From Squalus acanthias (Eukaryota): a DNA stretch of 64,000 bases. Where the stretch lies: the NCBI GenBank assembly GCA_030390025.1, contig CM059432.1, positions 130,078,001 through 130,142,000 on the forward strand. The letters run 5' to 3'. This document shows, piece by piece, positions 26,020 through 39,829 of this stretch; positions within the stretch are counted from its first letter, which is position 1; each line of letters opens with the position of its first letter. Under the pieces are notes generated by a model. It worked only from the letters and a program-made list of their open reading frames with translations. It had not been told where the DNA came from and did not search any database. Position numbers and translations under genes: made by a program.

Positions 26020-29000
26020 ATCAAAAAAGGGGCAATCACACTGCTGGGAGTGTACTATAGACCCCAAATAGTCAGAGGGAAATAGAAGAGCAAATATATA
26101 GGCAAATTTCTGTGAAGTGCAAAAACAATAGGGCAGTAAGAGTAGTGGATTTCAACTACCCTAATATTAACTGGGATATAATCAGTGTAAAAGGTATAGA
26201 GGGTGCAGAATTCTTAAAATGCATTCAGGGGAACATTTTTAGCCAGTACGTAGAAAGCCCAACAAGAGAGGGGGCGGTTCTGGACTTGGTTTTAGGGAAT
26301 GAAGCTGGGCAAGTGGAAGGGTTATCAGTCAGAGAGCATTTTGGTGGTGATCATAATTCAATTAGATTTAGCGTAGTTATGGAAAAGCACAAAGATAGAC
26401 CAAGAGTAAAGGTGCTTAATTGGGGAAAGGCCAATTTTACTAAGCTAAGATGTGATTTAGCAAAAGTGGACTGGAAACAGCTACTTGAAGGTAAATCAAT
26501 GTCAGCAATGGAAGGCATTCAAGGAGGAGATAGTGAGGGTTCAGAGCAAATACGTTCCCAGAAAGCAAAAGGGTGGGACTCCCAAATCTAGAGCCCCCCG
26601 GATGTCAAGGGGTATAGAGGGTAGGATAAGGCAAAAAAGGGAAGCTTATGTCAGATAGCAAGTGCTAAATACTGCAGAAAGTCTAGAGGAGTATAGAAAG
26701 TGCAGGGGTGAACTTAAAAAGGAAATTAGGAAAGCAAAGAGAGGGCATGAAAAAATATTGGCAAGTAAATCAAGGAAAACCCAAAGATCTTTTATAAATA
26801 CATAAAGAGCAAAAGGATAACTAAAGAAAAAGTAGGGTCTATTAGAGACCAAAAAGGTAACCTGTGTGTGGAGGCGGAAGACATGGATATGGTTCTTAAT
26901 TAATACTTTGCATCTGTCTTCACAAAAGAGAGGGACGATGCAGACATTGTAGTTAAGGAGGAGGAGTGTGAAATATTAGATGCAATAAATATAGTGGGAG
27001 AGGAAATATTAAGGGGTTTAGCATCTTTGAAAGTAGATAAATCATCAGGCCTGGATGAAATGTATCCCAGGCTGTTAAGAGAAGCAAGGGAGGAAATAGC
27101 AGAAGCTCTTACCATCATTTTCCAATCCTCGCTGGCTACAGGCATGGTGCCAGAGGGCTGGAAGACTGCTAACATTGTACTGTTGTTTAAAAAGGGAGAA
27201 AGGGATAGACCGAGTAATTACAGGCCAGTCAACCTAACCTTGGTGGTGGGCAAATTATTGGAAAAAATTCTGAGGGACAATATAAATCATCATTTAGAAA
27301 GGCACGGATTAATCAAGGACAGTCAGCATGGATTTGTTAAGGGAAGGTCGTGTCTGACTAACTTCATTGAATTTTTTGAGGAGATAACAAGGAGGGTCGA
27401 TGAGGGTAGCGCGTTTGATGTAGTTTACATAGAGTTTAGCAAGGCTTTTGACAAGGTCCCACATGGCAGACTGGTCAGAAAAGTAAAAGCTCATGGGATC
27501 CAAGGGAAAGTGGCCAGTTGGATCCAAAATTGGCTCAGTGGCAGGAAGCAAAGTGTAATGGTTGACAGGTGTTTTTGTGACTGGAAGGCTGTTTCCAGTG
27601 GGGTTCCACAGGGCTCAGTAATAGGTCCCTTGCTTTTTGTGTTATATATCAATGATTTAGACTTCAATGTAGGGGGCATGATTAAGAAGTTTGCAGATGA
27701 TAGAAAAATTGGCTGATAGTGAGGATGACAGCTGTAGACTGCAGGAAGATATCAATGGACTGGTCAGGTGGGCAGAAAAGTGGTAAATGAAATTCAATCC
27801 AGAGAAGTGTAAGGTAATGCATTTGGGGAGGGCTAACAAGACAAGGGAATATACAATAAATGGTAGGATACTGAGAAGTGTAGTGAAACAGGAACCTTGG
27901 AATGCATGTCCACAGATCCCTGAAGGTAGCAGGACAGGTAGATAAGGTGGCTTAGAAGGCATACGGGATACTTTCCTTTATTAAAAGAAAGAAAGACTTG
28001 CATTTATATAGCGCCTTTCATGACCACCAGATGTCTCAAAGCACTTTACAGCCAATTAAGTACTTTTTGATGTGTAGTCACTGTTGTAATGTGGGAAACG
28101 CGGCAACCAATTTGTGCACAGCAAACTCCCACAAACAGCAATGTGATAATGACCAGATAATCTGTTTTTTGTTATGTTGGTTGAGGGATAAACATTGGCC
28201 AGGACACCGGGGATAACTCCCCTGCTCTTCTTCGAAATAGTGCCATGGGATCTATTACGTCCATCTGAGAGGGCAGACAGGGCCTCGGTTTAACGTCTCA
28301 TCTGAAAGACAGCACCTCCCTCAGCACTGCACTGGAGTGTCAGCCTAGCTTTATGTGCTCAAGTCCCTGGAGTGGGACTTGAACCCACAACCTTCTGACT
28401 CAGAGGTGAGTGTGCCACCCACTGAGCCGCAGCTGACACTAGACAAGGCATAGAATATAAGAGCAGGGAGCTTATGCTTGAACTGTATAAAACACTAGTT
28501 AGGCCACAGCTAGAGTACTGCATACAGTTCTGGTCACCACATTACAGGAAAGATGTGATTGCACTAGAGAGGGTACAGAGGAGATTTACGAGGATGTTGC
28601 CAGGACTGGAGAATTTTAGCTCTGAGGAAAGATTGGATAGGCTGGGGTTGTTTTCTTTGGAAAAGAGGAGGCTTTGGGAAGACTTAATTGAGATGTAAAA
28701 AATTATGAGGGGCCTAGACAGAGTGGATAGGAAGGACCTATTTCTCTTAGCAGAGAGGTCAATAACCAGGGGGCATAGATTTAAAGTAATTGGTAGAAGG
28801 ATGAGAGGGGAGTTGAGAACTTTTTTCACCCAGAGGGTGGTGGGGGTCTGGAACTCACTGCCTGAAAGGGTGGTAGAAGCAGAAACCCTCATCGCATTTA
28901 AAAAGTACTTGGAAATGCTGTAACCCACAAGGCTACGGACCAAGAGCTGGAAGGTGGGATTAGGCTGAATAGCTCTTTTTCGGCCGGCACAGACACGATG

Positions 29001-29045
29001 GGTGGAATGGCCTCCTTCTGTGCCGTAAATTTCTATGATTCTATG
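26020..29045 (+). mobile_element. CR1 LINE (endonuclease end, RT, tail) interrupted by a SINE
   Basis: ORFs 26112-26591 (DFNYPNINW, LDLVL), 26994-27716 and 28474-28923; TTCTATGA tail. Confidence 0.95.
27983..28439 (-). mobile_element. tRNA-headed Deu-domain SINE (SacSINE1-like), near full length
   Basis: Pol III A box (GGCTCAGTGG) and B box (GGTTCAAGTCC), Deu-like core TTGCTGTTTGTGGGAG.TTGCTGTGC, (CTTT)n tail. Confidence 0.85.
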
Positions 29046-29134
29046 ATCAGCCTTGTGGCTTTCATCTGCACTTCTTCCTGCACTTGGAATATTTCCCTTG
29101 TGTCTCGGCAACCAGAACTGGATACTGTACTCAA

Positions 29135-29548
29135 GAAATATAAACAGAAAATGCTGGAAATACTCAGCAGGTCAGGCAGCATCTGCAGAGAGAGTATCAG
29201 AGTTAACGTTTCAGGTCGGTGACCTTTTGTCAGAACTGGAAAAAGTAACAGGTTTTAAGCAAGTGCAGGGGCAGGGAAAGGGTGGGGAGGGAAGAACAAA
29301 CGGGAAGGTCTGTGATAGGGTGGAAGGCAGGAAAGATTAAATGACAAAAGGGATGATGGTGGAAGGTAAAAAGGGTGGTAATGGGACAAGTAAAGAAACA
29401 AAAGATGGGTTTGGAGGAGCTGTAAATGGCAACAGCAGACTCATTACCAGCACCTGATGTCCGAAAAATGGGAGTGGTGCTTGTGATCTGAAACTGTTGA
29501 ACTCGATGTTGAGTCCGGAAGGTTGTAAAGTGCCTAATCGAAAGATGT
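29135..29548 (-). mobile_element. Penelope-like element 3' fragment (GIY-YIG C-terminus plus pLTR)
   Basis: Peptide IFRLGTLQPSGLNIEFNSFR, followed by the same pLTR unit as 33895-33994. Confidence 0.85.
29201..29237 (-). ncRNA. Degenerate minimal hammerhead motif
   Basis: AGUU-CUGACAA-A-AGGUC acc GACCU-GAAA-CGUU-AACU; the core G8 is changed to A. Confidence 0.55.
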
Positions 29549-30431
29549 AGTTTAACCAGAGCACTGTACAGTTTGACCACAACCTCCATGATAGTAATTC
29601 TCTTTAGGGATTTCTGTATCCCTTACAAGTGGAGTATTGTACTTAATTCTAGGCCAACCTCTCTTTTTGTTTCCATGTTTTGCTCTGAAGGAATGACCAG
29701 CAAGATTCAGCCTTTAATGCTCTGTAACTGTTGTTATTCTATCTAGGTCTCCATATAGTAGCATAGTATTGGGATGTGATCGTTCCAGCTGACATAGAAT
29801 CATACAGCACGGAAGGAGGCCATACGGTCCATCGAGCCTGTACTGGACAAAGGCTTTTCTCAACAGTCATGTGTAGGTGACAGAACAGAGAAGAATATTG
29901 GGTTAATATTCCAACTGCAGCCCAACCAATGATTTGTTTAGGTTTAACGTTCCCTCTTTGCTTTTGTACTCGCCCCTATTTATATAATTTAGGATCCTAT
30001 ACATTTTTCTTTACAGCTTCATCAACTTGTCCTCCCACTTTATTTCATTCTGTGTAGTGCCATCATTATTCAAATAATCTAATATTTTCATCTTTGCACC
30101 ACTGTATTATTTATGTGTTTAATGAGTTGGATACATGATTATGGTTTCCATAAAAGCAAATTTTGTCAGTTTCAGTTTGTAATGTAATTAATTCATGTGT
30201 TTACACTTCTGTTTCAGAGGGATTAGCATCTAATTGTATATTGATTGTATCTTAACGCTTCAAATAAGCACAACCAAAACACAATAAAGTGCAAATCCCT
30301 CTGATTGAGAAATGCATTAAAAAAAATGAAACATTTAAAATATGTTGTTACCCCAAGTTCAGTAATTCCAAAATAAAGTATTACGGCCAACAGTTTTAGC
30401 CTTGAGCCACTTTTATACTGATGCTTATTCA

Positions 30432-30800
30432 GAAAGAAAGACTTGCATTTATAAAGCTCATTTCACAACCGGAGGACGTTCCAAAGGGTTTTACAGCCAA
30501 CAAAGTACTTTGTGAAGTGTAGTCACTGTTGTAATGTAGGAAACAAACAGCAACCTATTTTAGTGATGCTGGTTGAGGGATGAATATCACCTCGGACACC
30601 AGGGAGAACTCCCCTGCTCTTCTTCGAAATAGTGCCACGGGATCTTTTACGTCCACCTGAGAGGGCAGACGGGGTCTCGGTTTAACCTCTCATCCGAAAA
30701 ATTTCACTTCCGTCAGTGCAGCACTGACTCAGCACTGCCTTGTACTCAAGTCAGATTCTGATTCATAGATGAGAGGGCGAACACTGAGCCACAGCTGACA
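30432..30800 (-). mobile_element. Deu-domain SINE, internally deleted copy
   Basis: Collinear with 27983-28439. Confidence 0.8.
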
Positions 30801-30970
30801 CCTGTGTTCCGGGAGCCAACATCAGAGGAGGGGCTCGCAAACTTCACACTACAAAATCCAGCTCTTACCTCAACGGCATAGTCATTGATCTGGTTTTTAG
30901 TATTTCATGTGCTTACTACTCTGCCATTGGGAAAATAGAGCCAAATTTAGTAGCGCAAACCCAGGGAGCA

Positions 30971-32756
30971 TAGAAACATAGAAACATAGAAGATAGGAGC
31001 AGGAGTAGGCCATTCGGCCCCTCGAGCCTGCTCCGCCATTCGATGAGATCATGGCTGATCATCCAAACTCTCTGCCTTCTCCCCATATCCCTTGATACCT
31101 TTAGCCTTAAGAAATATATCTAACTCCTTCTTGAATATATTTACCGACTTGGCCTCAACTGCCTTCTGTGGTAGAGAATTCCACAGGTTCACCACTCTCT
31201 GGGTGAAGAAATTCCTCCTCATCTCTGTCCTAAATGGCTTACCCCTTATCTTTAGACTGTGACCTCTTGTTCTGGACTCACCCGCCATCGGGAACATCCT
31301 TCCTGCATCCAGTCTGTCTAGCCCTGTTAGAATTTTATAAGTTTCAATGAGATCTCCTCTCATTCTTCTAAACTCCAGCGACTATAAGCCCAATCGACCC
31401 AATCTCTCCTCGTACATCATTCCTGCCATCCCAGGTATCAGTCTGGTGAATCTTCGCTGCACACCCTCCATGGCAAGAACATCCTTCCTCAGATAAGGCG
31501 ACCAAAACTGCACACAATACTCAAGGTGTGGTCTCACCAAGGCCCTCTACAGCTGCAGCAAGACATCCTTGTTCCTGTACTCAAGCCCTCTCACTACGAA
31601 GGCCAACATACCATTTGCCTTCTTAACCACCTGCTGTACCTGTATGCTTACCTTCAGCGACTGGTGCACAAGGACACCCAGGTCTCATTGCACTTCCCCT
31701 TCTCCCAATCTATTGCCGTTCAGATAATAATCTGCCTTTCTGTTTTTGCCACCAAAGTGGATAACCTCGCATTTATCCACATTATACTGCATCTGCCATG
31801 CTTCTGCCCAATCACCCAACCTGTCCAAATCATACTGGAGTTTCTTGGCATCCTCCTCGCAGCACACACGCCCACCCAGCTTTGTGTCATCTCCAAACTT
31901 GGAGATATTACATCTAGTTCCCTTGTCTAGATCATTAATATATATAGTGAATAACTGGGGTCCTAGCACCGATCCCTGCGGTACCCCACTAGTCACTGCC
32001 TGCCACTCGGAAAAAGACCCGTTTATTCCAACTCTTTGCTTCCTGTCTGCCAACCAGTTCTCTATCCAAGTCAGTACCTTGCCCCCAATCCCATGTGCCT
32101 TAACTTTACACGCTAATCTCTTATGCGGGACCTTATCGAAAGCCTTCTGAAAGTCCAAATACACCACATCCACTGGTTCTCCCTTATCTATTCTATCAGT
32201 TACATCCTCAAAAAATTCCAGTAGATTAGTCAAGCACGATTTACCTTTTGTAAATCCATGTTGACTTTGTCCAATCCTGTCACTGTTTTCCAAGTGCTCT
32301 GCAATTTCATCTTTTATAATGGACTCTAGCATTTTCCACACAACCGATGTCAGGCTTACCGGTCTATAATTCCCCGTTTTTTCTTTACCACCTTTTTTGA
32401 ACAGTGGGGTAACAGTAGCTACCCTCCAATCCATGGGAACTGTTCCAGAGTCTATAGAATTTTGGAAGATGACCAGCAATGCATCTACTATTTCTAGGGC
32501 CACTTCCTTAAGTACCCTAGGATGTAGATTATCAGGCCCTGGGGATTTATCGACCTTTAATGCCGTCAATTTCCCTAACACCATTTCCCTACAAATACTG
32601 ATTTCATTCAGTTCCTCCCTCTCATTAGACCCTATGTTCCCCAACATCTCTGGGAGGTTATTTGTGTCCTCCTTTGTGAAGACAGAGCCAAAGTATGTAT
32701 TTAATTGGTCTGCCATTTCTTTGTTCCCCATTATAAATTCCCCTGATTCTGACTGC
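30971..32756 (-). mobile_element. Young CR1 LINE with 27-bp TSD
   Basis: ORF 31685-32758 (357 aa RT), AGAAACAT tail; identical flanks at 30944-30970 and 32757-32783. Confidence 0.97.
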
Positions 32757-33894
32757 AATTTAGTAGCGCAAACCCAGGGAGCAGATTCATGGATGTAGGT
32801 CTCCAGGAATCCGACTTACACAAGTATAAAAACGGTTTTGGTGGACATTTAACGTTTGAAAGTTAATACAGCAGGACAGGACTGGAATTCAACCCCCGAA
32901 AACTGGAGTAGTTAAGAGGTACGAGGAGGGGAGATCCTCCTCGGTGGCTGTTGACCTGGGTTTTTTGGCCCTCTTCCACTTGTGTTTCATTTTCCTGATG
33001 ATAGCACAGGCATCATTACCATGCTGCTCATTTGTATGGATCAGGTACTTCCAGCTTGTTAAGTTGTTAAGTTCAATTGCTGTAACTTCTATTTCATTTT
33101 GGATGACTTGTCATGTGAATTATTAACACAAGACTTTATATGACTCTATAAGTTATGAAAGTAGGTGGTAAATGCAGGGTATCAGTCTGATTTAACATCC
33201 AAATACTCTTAATGTTATAGAACCATAAAAGCTTACATTAAAGAAGGAGGCCACTTGGCCCATCGTGGATCTGCCGGCTCTTTGCCAGAGTAATCCAAAA
33301 CTAACCCCACTACACCACTCTACCAGCATAGCCCTGTATCTTCCTCACTTCAAATATGTATCTAATTTCCTCTTAAAAGAACCAATGGTCTCACCTCATA
33401 ACTATAGTCTCAAGGGTCATCGACCTTTAGAACAAGTTGGAACAGCTCATGCAGTGAGTGCGAATTCACTGCAAGCATTCTAAAGGGAGCTGGACGAGCT
33501 CCTGACTCTGGCTGATATCGCAATCTAAAAAGGCAGGTGAATGTTGGATGATGTTCCTCATGTCACTGTGGTCTCCTGGAACTCGTCTTGATCACCTTTA
33601 GGGGTCAGAGAGGAATTTCTCAGGTTTCTTTTCCCTAAATTGGCCTAAAGTTTCTTTAGCTTTTTCCAGGTGATTACATGGCTGCTCGTGCAGTTGGGGA
33701 TCACGATACACAGTTGCATTATTATGGAATAGGACAGGCTGGATGAACCAGCAGGCCTTTTCCTGTCTGTCATTTTTGTATATTTGTATATTCCCATTCC
33801 TGGCATCATCCTGGTGAAAACCTTAGACTTATCTACATTAAGTCCATCTGCCAACTATCCATCCATTCGGCTAACCTGGTTGTGTCTTCCTGAT

Positions 33895-33994
33895 ATAAAA
33901 ACAGAAAATGCTGGAAATACACAGCAGGTCAGGCAGCATCTGTGGAGAGAGAAACAGAGTTAACGTTTCAGGTCGATGACCTTTCGTCAGAACA
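33895..33994 (-). mobile_element. Solo Penelope pLTR unit (100 bp) with 16-bp TSD
   Basis: Flanks GTTGTGTCTTCCTGAT (33879-33894) and GTTGTTTCTTCCTGAT (33995-34010). Confidence 0.85.
33959..33993 (-). ncRNA. Minimal type I hammerhead ribozyme motif
   Basis: GUU-CUGACGA-A-AGGUC auc GACCU-GAAA-CGUU-AAC. Confidence 0.75.
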
Positions 33995-34867
33995 GTTGTT
34001 TCTTCCTGATGTTTTTTAACAGTCCTCCTCATGGTTTGCCAAACTTCCTACTTCTGTGACATAAGCAAATTTTCAGATTGTGTTCCCTATATCCAAGTCC
34101 AAATCCCCCCCCAAAAAGTGGATCCTGCACTGACCCCTGGGGTTCACCACTTCCAACCTTTCTCGAGTTTGAGCAACACCCACTGGACCTCAGGCAGAAA
34201 ATAGATATAAAGAGGTCCAATTTAGAGGGGCAATCTCCCATGTCCGAATAGCACCAGAAACATGTTCGATGCCACATTGGTTCAGGTGCTGTAGAGACAT
34301 TCCTGGTGACCACCTAAAACAGGCGATAGACCATTTGAATATGCTAATAAAGGGCCTAACGCCTGTTTTAGGACCCAAACTAGCAATTGGTTCACACTGA
34401 ATGTAGTAGGCGCTGGGACTGCTGTGTTCAGGGTTACTGTGGTTGGAGGTATCCCTGGAGGTTTCATCACATGACGTCTGACCATATGACATCTGACCAC
34501 ATGACGTCCAACACACGATGTCCAATCATGTGACATCTGCAAATGTTATTGCAGTTATCTTATAAAGGTTGGGTTCCCTGTAGTTGAATATCTTTGATCG
34601 TGGTTTTGAGCCACAGCTGTTGTGCGAGTAGTTCTGAGAATCAAAAGGCCAGCAGCAAGCAGGCAGGCAAAGAAGAGAAACCAGCAGCGAGGAAGAGAGA
34701 AAACCGAAGGTGGGGGAGGGATTGGCAGAGTGAATACCAGAGGTGAGAGGAACTTTGATTCCACCAGTAACTAATAGCAACTCACTGAATTAGCACTAAA
34801 AGCTAATGGTAATACTGGTAACACTCAGATCCCCCTCAGAACCAACTGCAATACAATAACTTTTTTT

Positions 34868-36108
34868 TATATTTGTTCATGGGATGTGGGCGTCGCTGGC
34901 AAGGCCAGCATTTATTGCCCATCCCTAGTTGCCCTTGAGAAGGGTGTGGTGAGCCACCTTCTTAAACCGCTGCAGTCTGTGTAGTGAAGATACTCCCACA
35001 GTGTTGTTAGGGAGGGAGTTCCAGGATTTTGACCTAGCGACGATGAAGGAACGGCGATATACTTCCAAGTCAGGATGGTGTGTGACTTGGAGGGTAACTT
35101 GGAGGTGGTGGTGTTCCCATGTGCCTGCTGCCCTTGTCCTTCTAAGTGGTAGAGGTCGCGGGTTTGGGAGGTGCTGTCGAAGAAGCCTTGGCAAGTTGCT
35201 GCAGTGCATCTTGTAGATGGTACACACTGCAGCCACAGTACGCCGGTGGTGGAGGGAGTGAATGTTTAAGTTGGTGGATGGGGTGCTAATCAAGTGGACT
35301 GCTTTGTCCTGGATGGTGTCGAGCTTCTTGAGTGTTGTTAGAGCTGCACTCATCCAGGCATGTGGAGAGTATTCTATCACACTCCTGACTTGTGCCTTGT
35401 AGGTGGTGGAAAGGTTTTGTGGAGTCAGGAGGTGAGGACTCGCCGCAGAATATCCAGCCTCTGACCTGCTCTTGTTGCCACAGTATTTATGTGGCTGGTC
35501 CAGTTAAGTTTCTGGTCAATAGTGACCCCGAGGATGTTGATGGTGGGGGATTTGACGATGGTAATGCTGTTGAATGTCAAGGGGCAGTGGTTAGACGCTC
35601 GCTTGTTGGAGATAGTCATTGCCTGCCACTTATCAGCCCAAGCCTGAATGTCGTCCAGGTCTTGCTGCATGCGGTCATGGACTGCTTCATTATCTGAGGA
35701 GTTGCGAATGGCACTGAACACTGTGCAGTCATCAGCGAACATCCCACTTCTGACCCTATGATGGAGGGAAGGTCATTGATGAAGCAGCTGAAGATTGTTG
35801 GGCCCAGGACACTGCCCCGAGGAGCTCCTGCAGCGATGTCCTGGGGCTGTCATGATTGACTTCCAACCACCACAACCATCTTCCTTTGTGCTAGGTATGA
35901 CTCCGGCCAGTGGAGATTTTTCCCCCCGATTCCCATTGACTTCAGTTTTACTAGGGCTCCTTAATGCCACACTTGGTCAAATGCTGCCTTGATATCAAGG
36001 GCAGTCACTCTCGCCTCACCTCTGGAATTCAGCTCTTTTGTCCATGTTTGGACCAACACTGTAATGAGGTCTGGAGCCGAGTGGTCCGGGTGGAACCCAA
36101 ACTGGGCA
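34868..36108 (-). mobile_element. Second copy of the Zenon/Crack-like CR1-group LINE
   Basis: ORFs 35425-35742 (FADDC) and 34925-35380; collinear with 22450-23700. Confidence 0.92.
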
Positions 36109-36610
36109 AACTAATAGTCTATATGTAACTGATAATAATAGCTATAATGCCCATTGATATTCTGCCTGAAACTACAGCCAGAATCCCCCTGCACTGCATA
36201 AGGTGCGGTCAGGCTCCCCAGTCGATGCCACTTTTAACAGGCTCCATCTCTCTCCCTATCTCCTTAGACCCTGGTTTGGACTCTGGTTCTGTGTGAAGGT
36301 GGCAACTCTGAACTGGGAGCCTCAGTCAGAGTCAATCTGTACTGGGACTTCACACATCAAAACCGGACGGCACAGACCCCCCTGAACCAAACCGAGAGAT
36401 CGCACCAAGGGTAATGGGCTCAGTGTTTGTTACTTCTCACGGGTCATTATGGCATGCAGATCACAGTTCCGTGAAAATGTTCAGAAGCTGGAATGCTAAA
36501 CTAATAATTCAAAACAAATTATACATGAGAATATAACAGAGAATGAATCATGCAGAATCCAAATTGGCAATATTACATTCAAAGACGTTGAACATTTGAG
36601 TCAATTTATT

Positions 36611-37347
36611 GGATTAAAAATTCGGTATCGACCATTTTGGGGCGCTAACATTGCCTTTTAGTGTCTGGCGCTAATTAGCGCCGGTGACCGCAAAATTGCA
36701 TTTTAGCGCCCCAAGAGGGAAGTGGAGCGCTAAATCAAGCACTCCACTTCCTTCTTAGGGCGCTAATGTCGGAGAGCGGGGCGAAGACTTCAGCAGCGCT
36801 GCACACTGGGCCGTGCAGCGCTGCCATGTTCAAAGGCTCCTTCCCTCCCTTAAAGGGAAGGGCCATCGCTGCAGGCTCTGCAATAGAAAAAGTACCTACC
36901 TGGACCACCAAGGCAGCCGCGATCCCGCACGATCAGCCTGACACTCAAGCAGAGCGCTGGGCTGATTAATCGCGGGCGGGAACCTGCGAAATAAACAGGA
37001 ACAAGAAAGTTAAGTTTTTTTTTACTTACCTCGGCCACCTCACCTTTAATCACCGCCCCCGAAGTGGCTGGCCGCCCGATGCACACCTCCTGCAGCTGTC
37101 GGTGTTTTTGACCGGCGCTGCTGCAGGGGGCGGAAGTCAATTTTGGGTCCAGGGCGCTACCAGGGGCGATGCGCATGGCGCTGATGTCATGATCTCCGGG
37201 CGAAGGAGATCGGGGCACAACGCCATAGCGCCGCAGCAAAACTCCCACCGAATATGGCGGGAGTTGATGTCAGCGCTGCGCCTGGTCACAAAGCCATTTG
37301 CGCCCCATTAGTGCCCCCCTGGGGCAAAGGCACCCAATTTCACCCCC
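36611..37347. mobile_element. Harbinger MITE related to 2412-3297
   Basis: GGATTAAAAATTCGG...CCAATTTCACCCCC with ATT TSD on both sides. Confidence 0.85.
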
Positions 37348-38124
37348 ATTATATTTTAAAATTTTGTGTTGCAGAATACACTTATCGAGCAGTCAACAGT
37401 ATTTTATCTAATAAAGTGCTGGGGAAATGCGGTGTGGTGGTAATTATTCTGAGCTGCTTGGAGAAGATAGCTATGTTTAAAGATTAACACAGCCTCGGTT
37501 TGAGAGAAACAAATTAAAAGGTATAAAACATAGAATTACACTCTAGAGCTCATACACAAAGCTGAGAATCTACACTTACAAGCTGCAGCCCATTGTCACT
37601 ATAAATACGATCCTGTATTCTTGTGTGACATTTACATTAAGAGCTTTTCAATACAATTGAACCAGCTTTAGAAGAAGTCTCTTGACAAATACTCAATAGA
37701 AAACAGTAAACGGAATCCTTTAATTTCTCACTGGAAAATGCAAATGTTCAAGTATTTTAATAAAGAAGGCACCTTATAATCATAGTAGCCTAAAAAAAAT
37801 TGCACTTCAATATTTATTGAAGTACAACTTTCCTCCTCCCCTTTTTCACTAGGCAGGGCAAAAAATCAGTAGCCAGCAAAATTCTTCCAATGAATTTGAA
37901 ACTATCACACCACAGCTGTATCATTGTATGATTCTATGATCACACAACAGCTCTGTCTGCCTGCATCACTTTGTGTTTATTAATCATAGCTGAGCTGATG
38001 CACAGCACTGGTTCGTTTTCAGTATCAGCTTCTGCAGTTCACCAAAGCACTTGCTATTTGCCACAAGGCTTTCAATGTGTGTCCTGTCATGGTGAGTCAG
38101 TCAGACTGCCCCAACGCAGATAAC

Positions 38125-38525
38125 CAACAACAACAACTTGCATTTAAATAGCACCTTTAACATACTAAAACATCCCCAGGCACTTCACAGGGGCGTTATC
38201 AAAATTTGACACCAAGCCACATAAGGAGGTATTAGGGCAGATGACCAAAAGCTTGGTCAAAGAGGTAGGTTTTAAGTAGTGTCTTAAAGGAGGAGAGAGA
38301 GGTAGCGAGGTGGAGAGGTTTAGGGAGAGAATTGCAGAGCTTAGGGCCTAGGCAGCTGAAGGCATGGCCGCCAATGGTGGAGCGATTAAAATCAGGGATG
38401 TGCAAGAAGCAAGAATTGGAGGAGCGCAAATATCTCGGAGAGTTGTAGGGCTGGAGGAGGTTTCAGACATAGGGAGGGGCAAGGCCATGGAGATATTTGA
38501 AAACAAGGATGAGAATATTAAAATT
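38125..38525 (-). mobile_element. L2-type LINE 3' end
   Basis: ORF 38232-38429 (GGHAFSCLGPKLCNSLP...FKTLLKTYLF) and (AAC)n tail. Confidence 0.82.
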
Positions 38526-39774
38526 CAGGATTTTAAAAGCATCGGCAATGCTTTAAAAATCTTTCATCCAATATTACGCTTTCATACCTTAAAGATAAAT
38601 ACTTAAAGGTTCAAAGGCACACTGGCCTAGAAATTCGATGCCTGTGTGCCGGCCGTTACCGCTGGTTTGCTCCAAAAAATGGCGGCTGCCTCGCTGCCGG
38701 CTGCCTCCAGCGCGGGGCACAGCGGCCGCCATTTTGGTAAGGGCCATAGCGCTGCTGTTGACAGTGCCGGCCCCCGAAATATAAATGAGCAGAGCGTGAC
38801 ATCAATCAGCGTGCAACACCGACTTGACACCACGTTTGCAAACTTCGATGTTTTCGCTCTGTTTAACGCAGGGTCCAAAGCATGCTCAGAAAAGCATGCA
38901 TGAAGCAGCCCTGCAGAGACGCTGTCAGTGCTTGTTAAAGGGACACACACATCTTTCAGGTATTTAAGCTTTTGGACTGTTCTTTTTATATTTTATTGAA
39001 CTAGTAGCTTGGTGCAATAGTGTGCAGGGAGTGCTGCTGGACACTTTCAAGGCTTCGATGGTTAAGGAAGGCCTCTGAGAAGACAGAAAATGCTGAAAAT
39101 ACTAACAGGTCAGGCAGCATCCGTGGAGAGAGAAACAGAGTTCATGTCTCAGGTTGAGATGCTGCCTGACCTGCTGAGTATTTCCAACATTTTATGCTTT
39201 TATTTCAGATTTCCAGCATCCGCTCGCCAAGGGAAGAAGAAGATACAGAAGAGGAAGACGCAGAAGAGGAGGAAGTAGAAAAGGAGGAAGCTGAAGGAAG
39301 GATGCAACCCAGACAGCCCCTTTCTGGCCGGGATATCCGGAATGGAATCATCCGCCTGCGGTACCAGTGACCACAACCCCAATATCTCCTTTCAACATTT
39401 ATCCCACACCTTACCTTCCCTCTGTTACTGACCATCACAGCATCCTCTTGGCCACAATGCTCAAATAAAAGCCACCACAAAGCAAACTTTCCAATCCAAC
39501 TTTATACATCTCTCCATCCAATATGACATCAAAAAATCAACTAATTACCCTTGTGCATTTTCTTAGTGACTATCTTGTGTGTGCCTTTGCCTATCCTAGT
39601 GATCTCATGCAGGTACAAGGGCAGAGCTGCAGTGAGGGGAGGGTGGGAAAGCAACAGCTGCATGCTTACACCATGCGCACCTTGTAAATCAGAAGATATT
39701 GTGGGTGAGGGGGAAGTGGGATGTGAGAAGGAGGATAACGTATGAGGATACCACTATCTTTCATCCTTTCAGCA

Positions 39775-39784
39775 CCCCCCCCCG

Positions 39785-39829
<45 letters not shown>
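39775..39829. repeat. Poly-C tract
   Basis: Direct reading; the sister copy has only CCCCGCC at ~50304. Confidence 0.9.

Larger units (their letters stand above)
33215..34170. mobile_element. Mosaic of old CR1 fragments on both strands
   Basis: Degenerate tails and RT remnants (PQGSVQDPL). Confidence 0.55.

Noticed and set aside
28365..28439. tRNA-like A/B boxes
   Set aside because: Head of a SINE, not a tRNA gene.
34450..34515. Three ~15-bp CATGACGTCTGACC-like units
   Set aside because: Short tandem repeat without spacers, likely inside an old DNA transposon; not CRISPR-like.
37580..37612. Possible 33-nt minus-strand exon with gtaagt donor
   Set aside because: Weak acceptor and a TAG in the phase required by the gene model.
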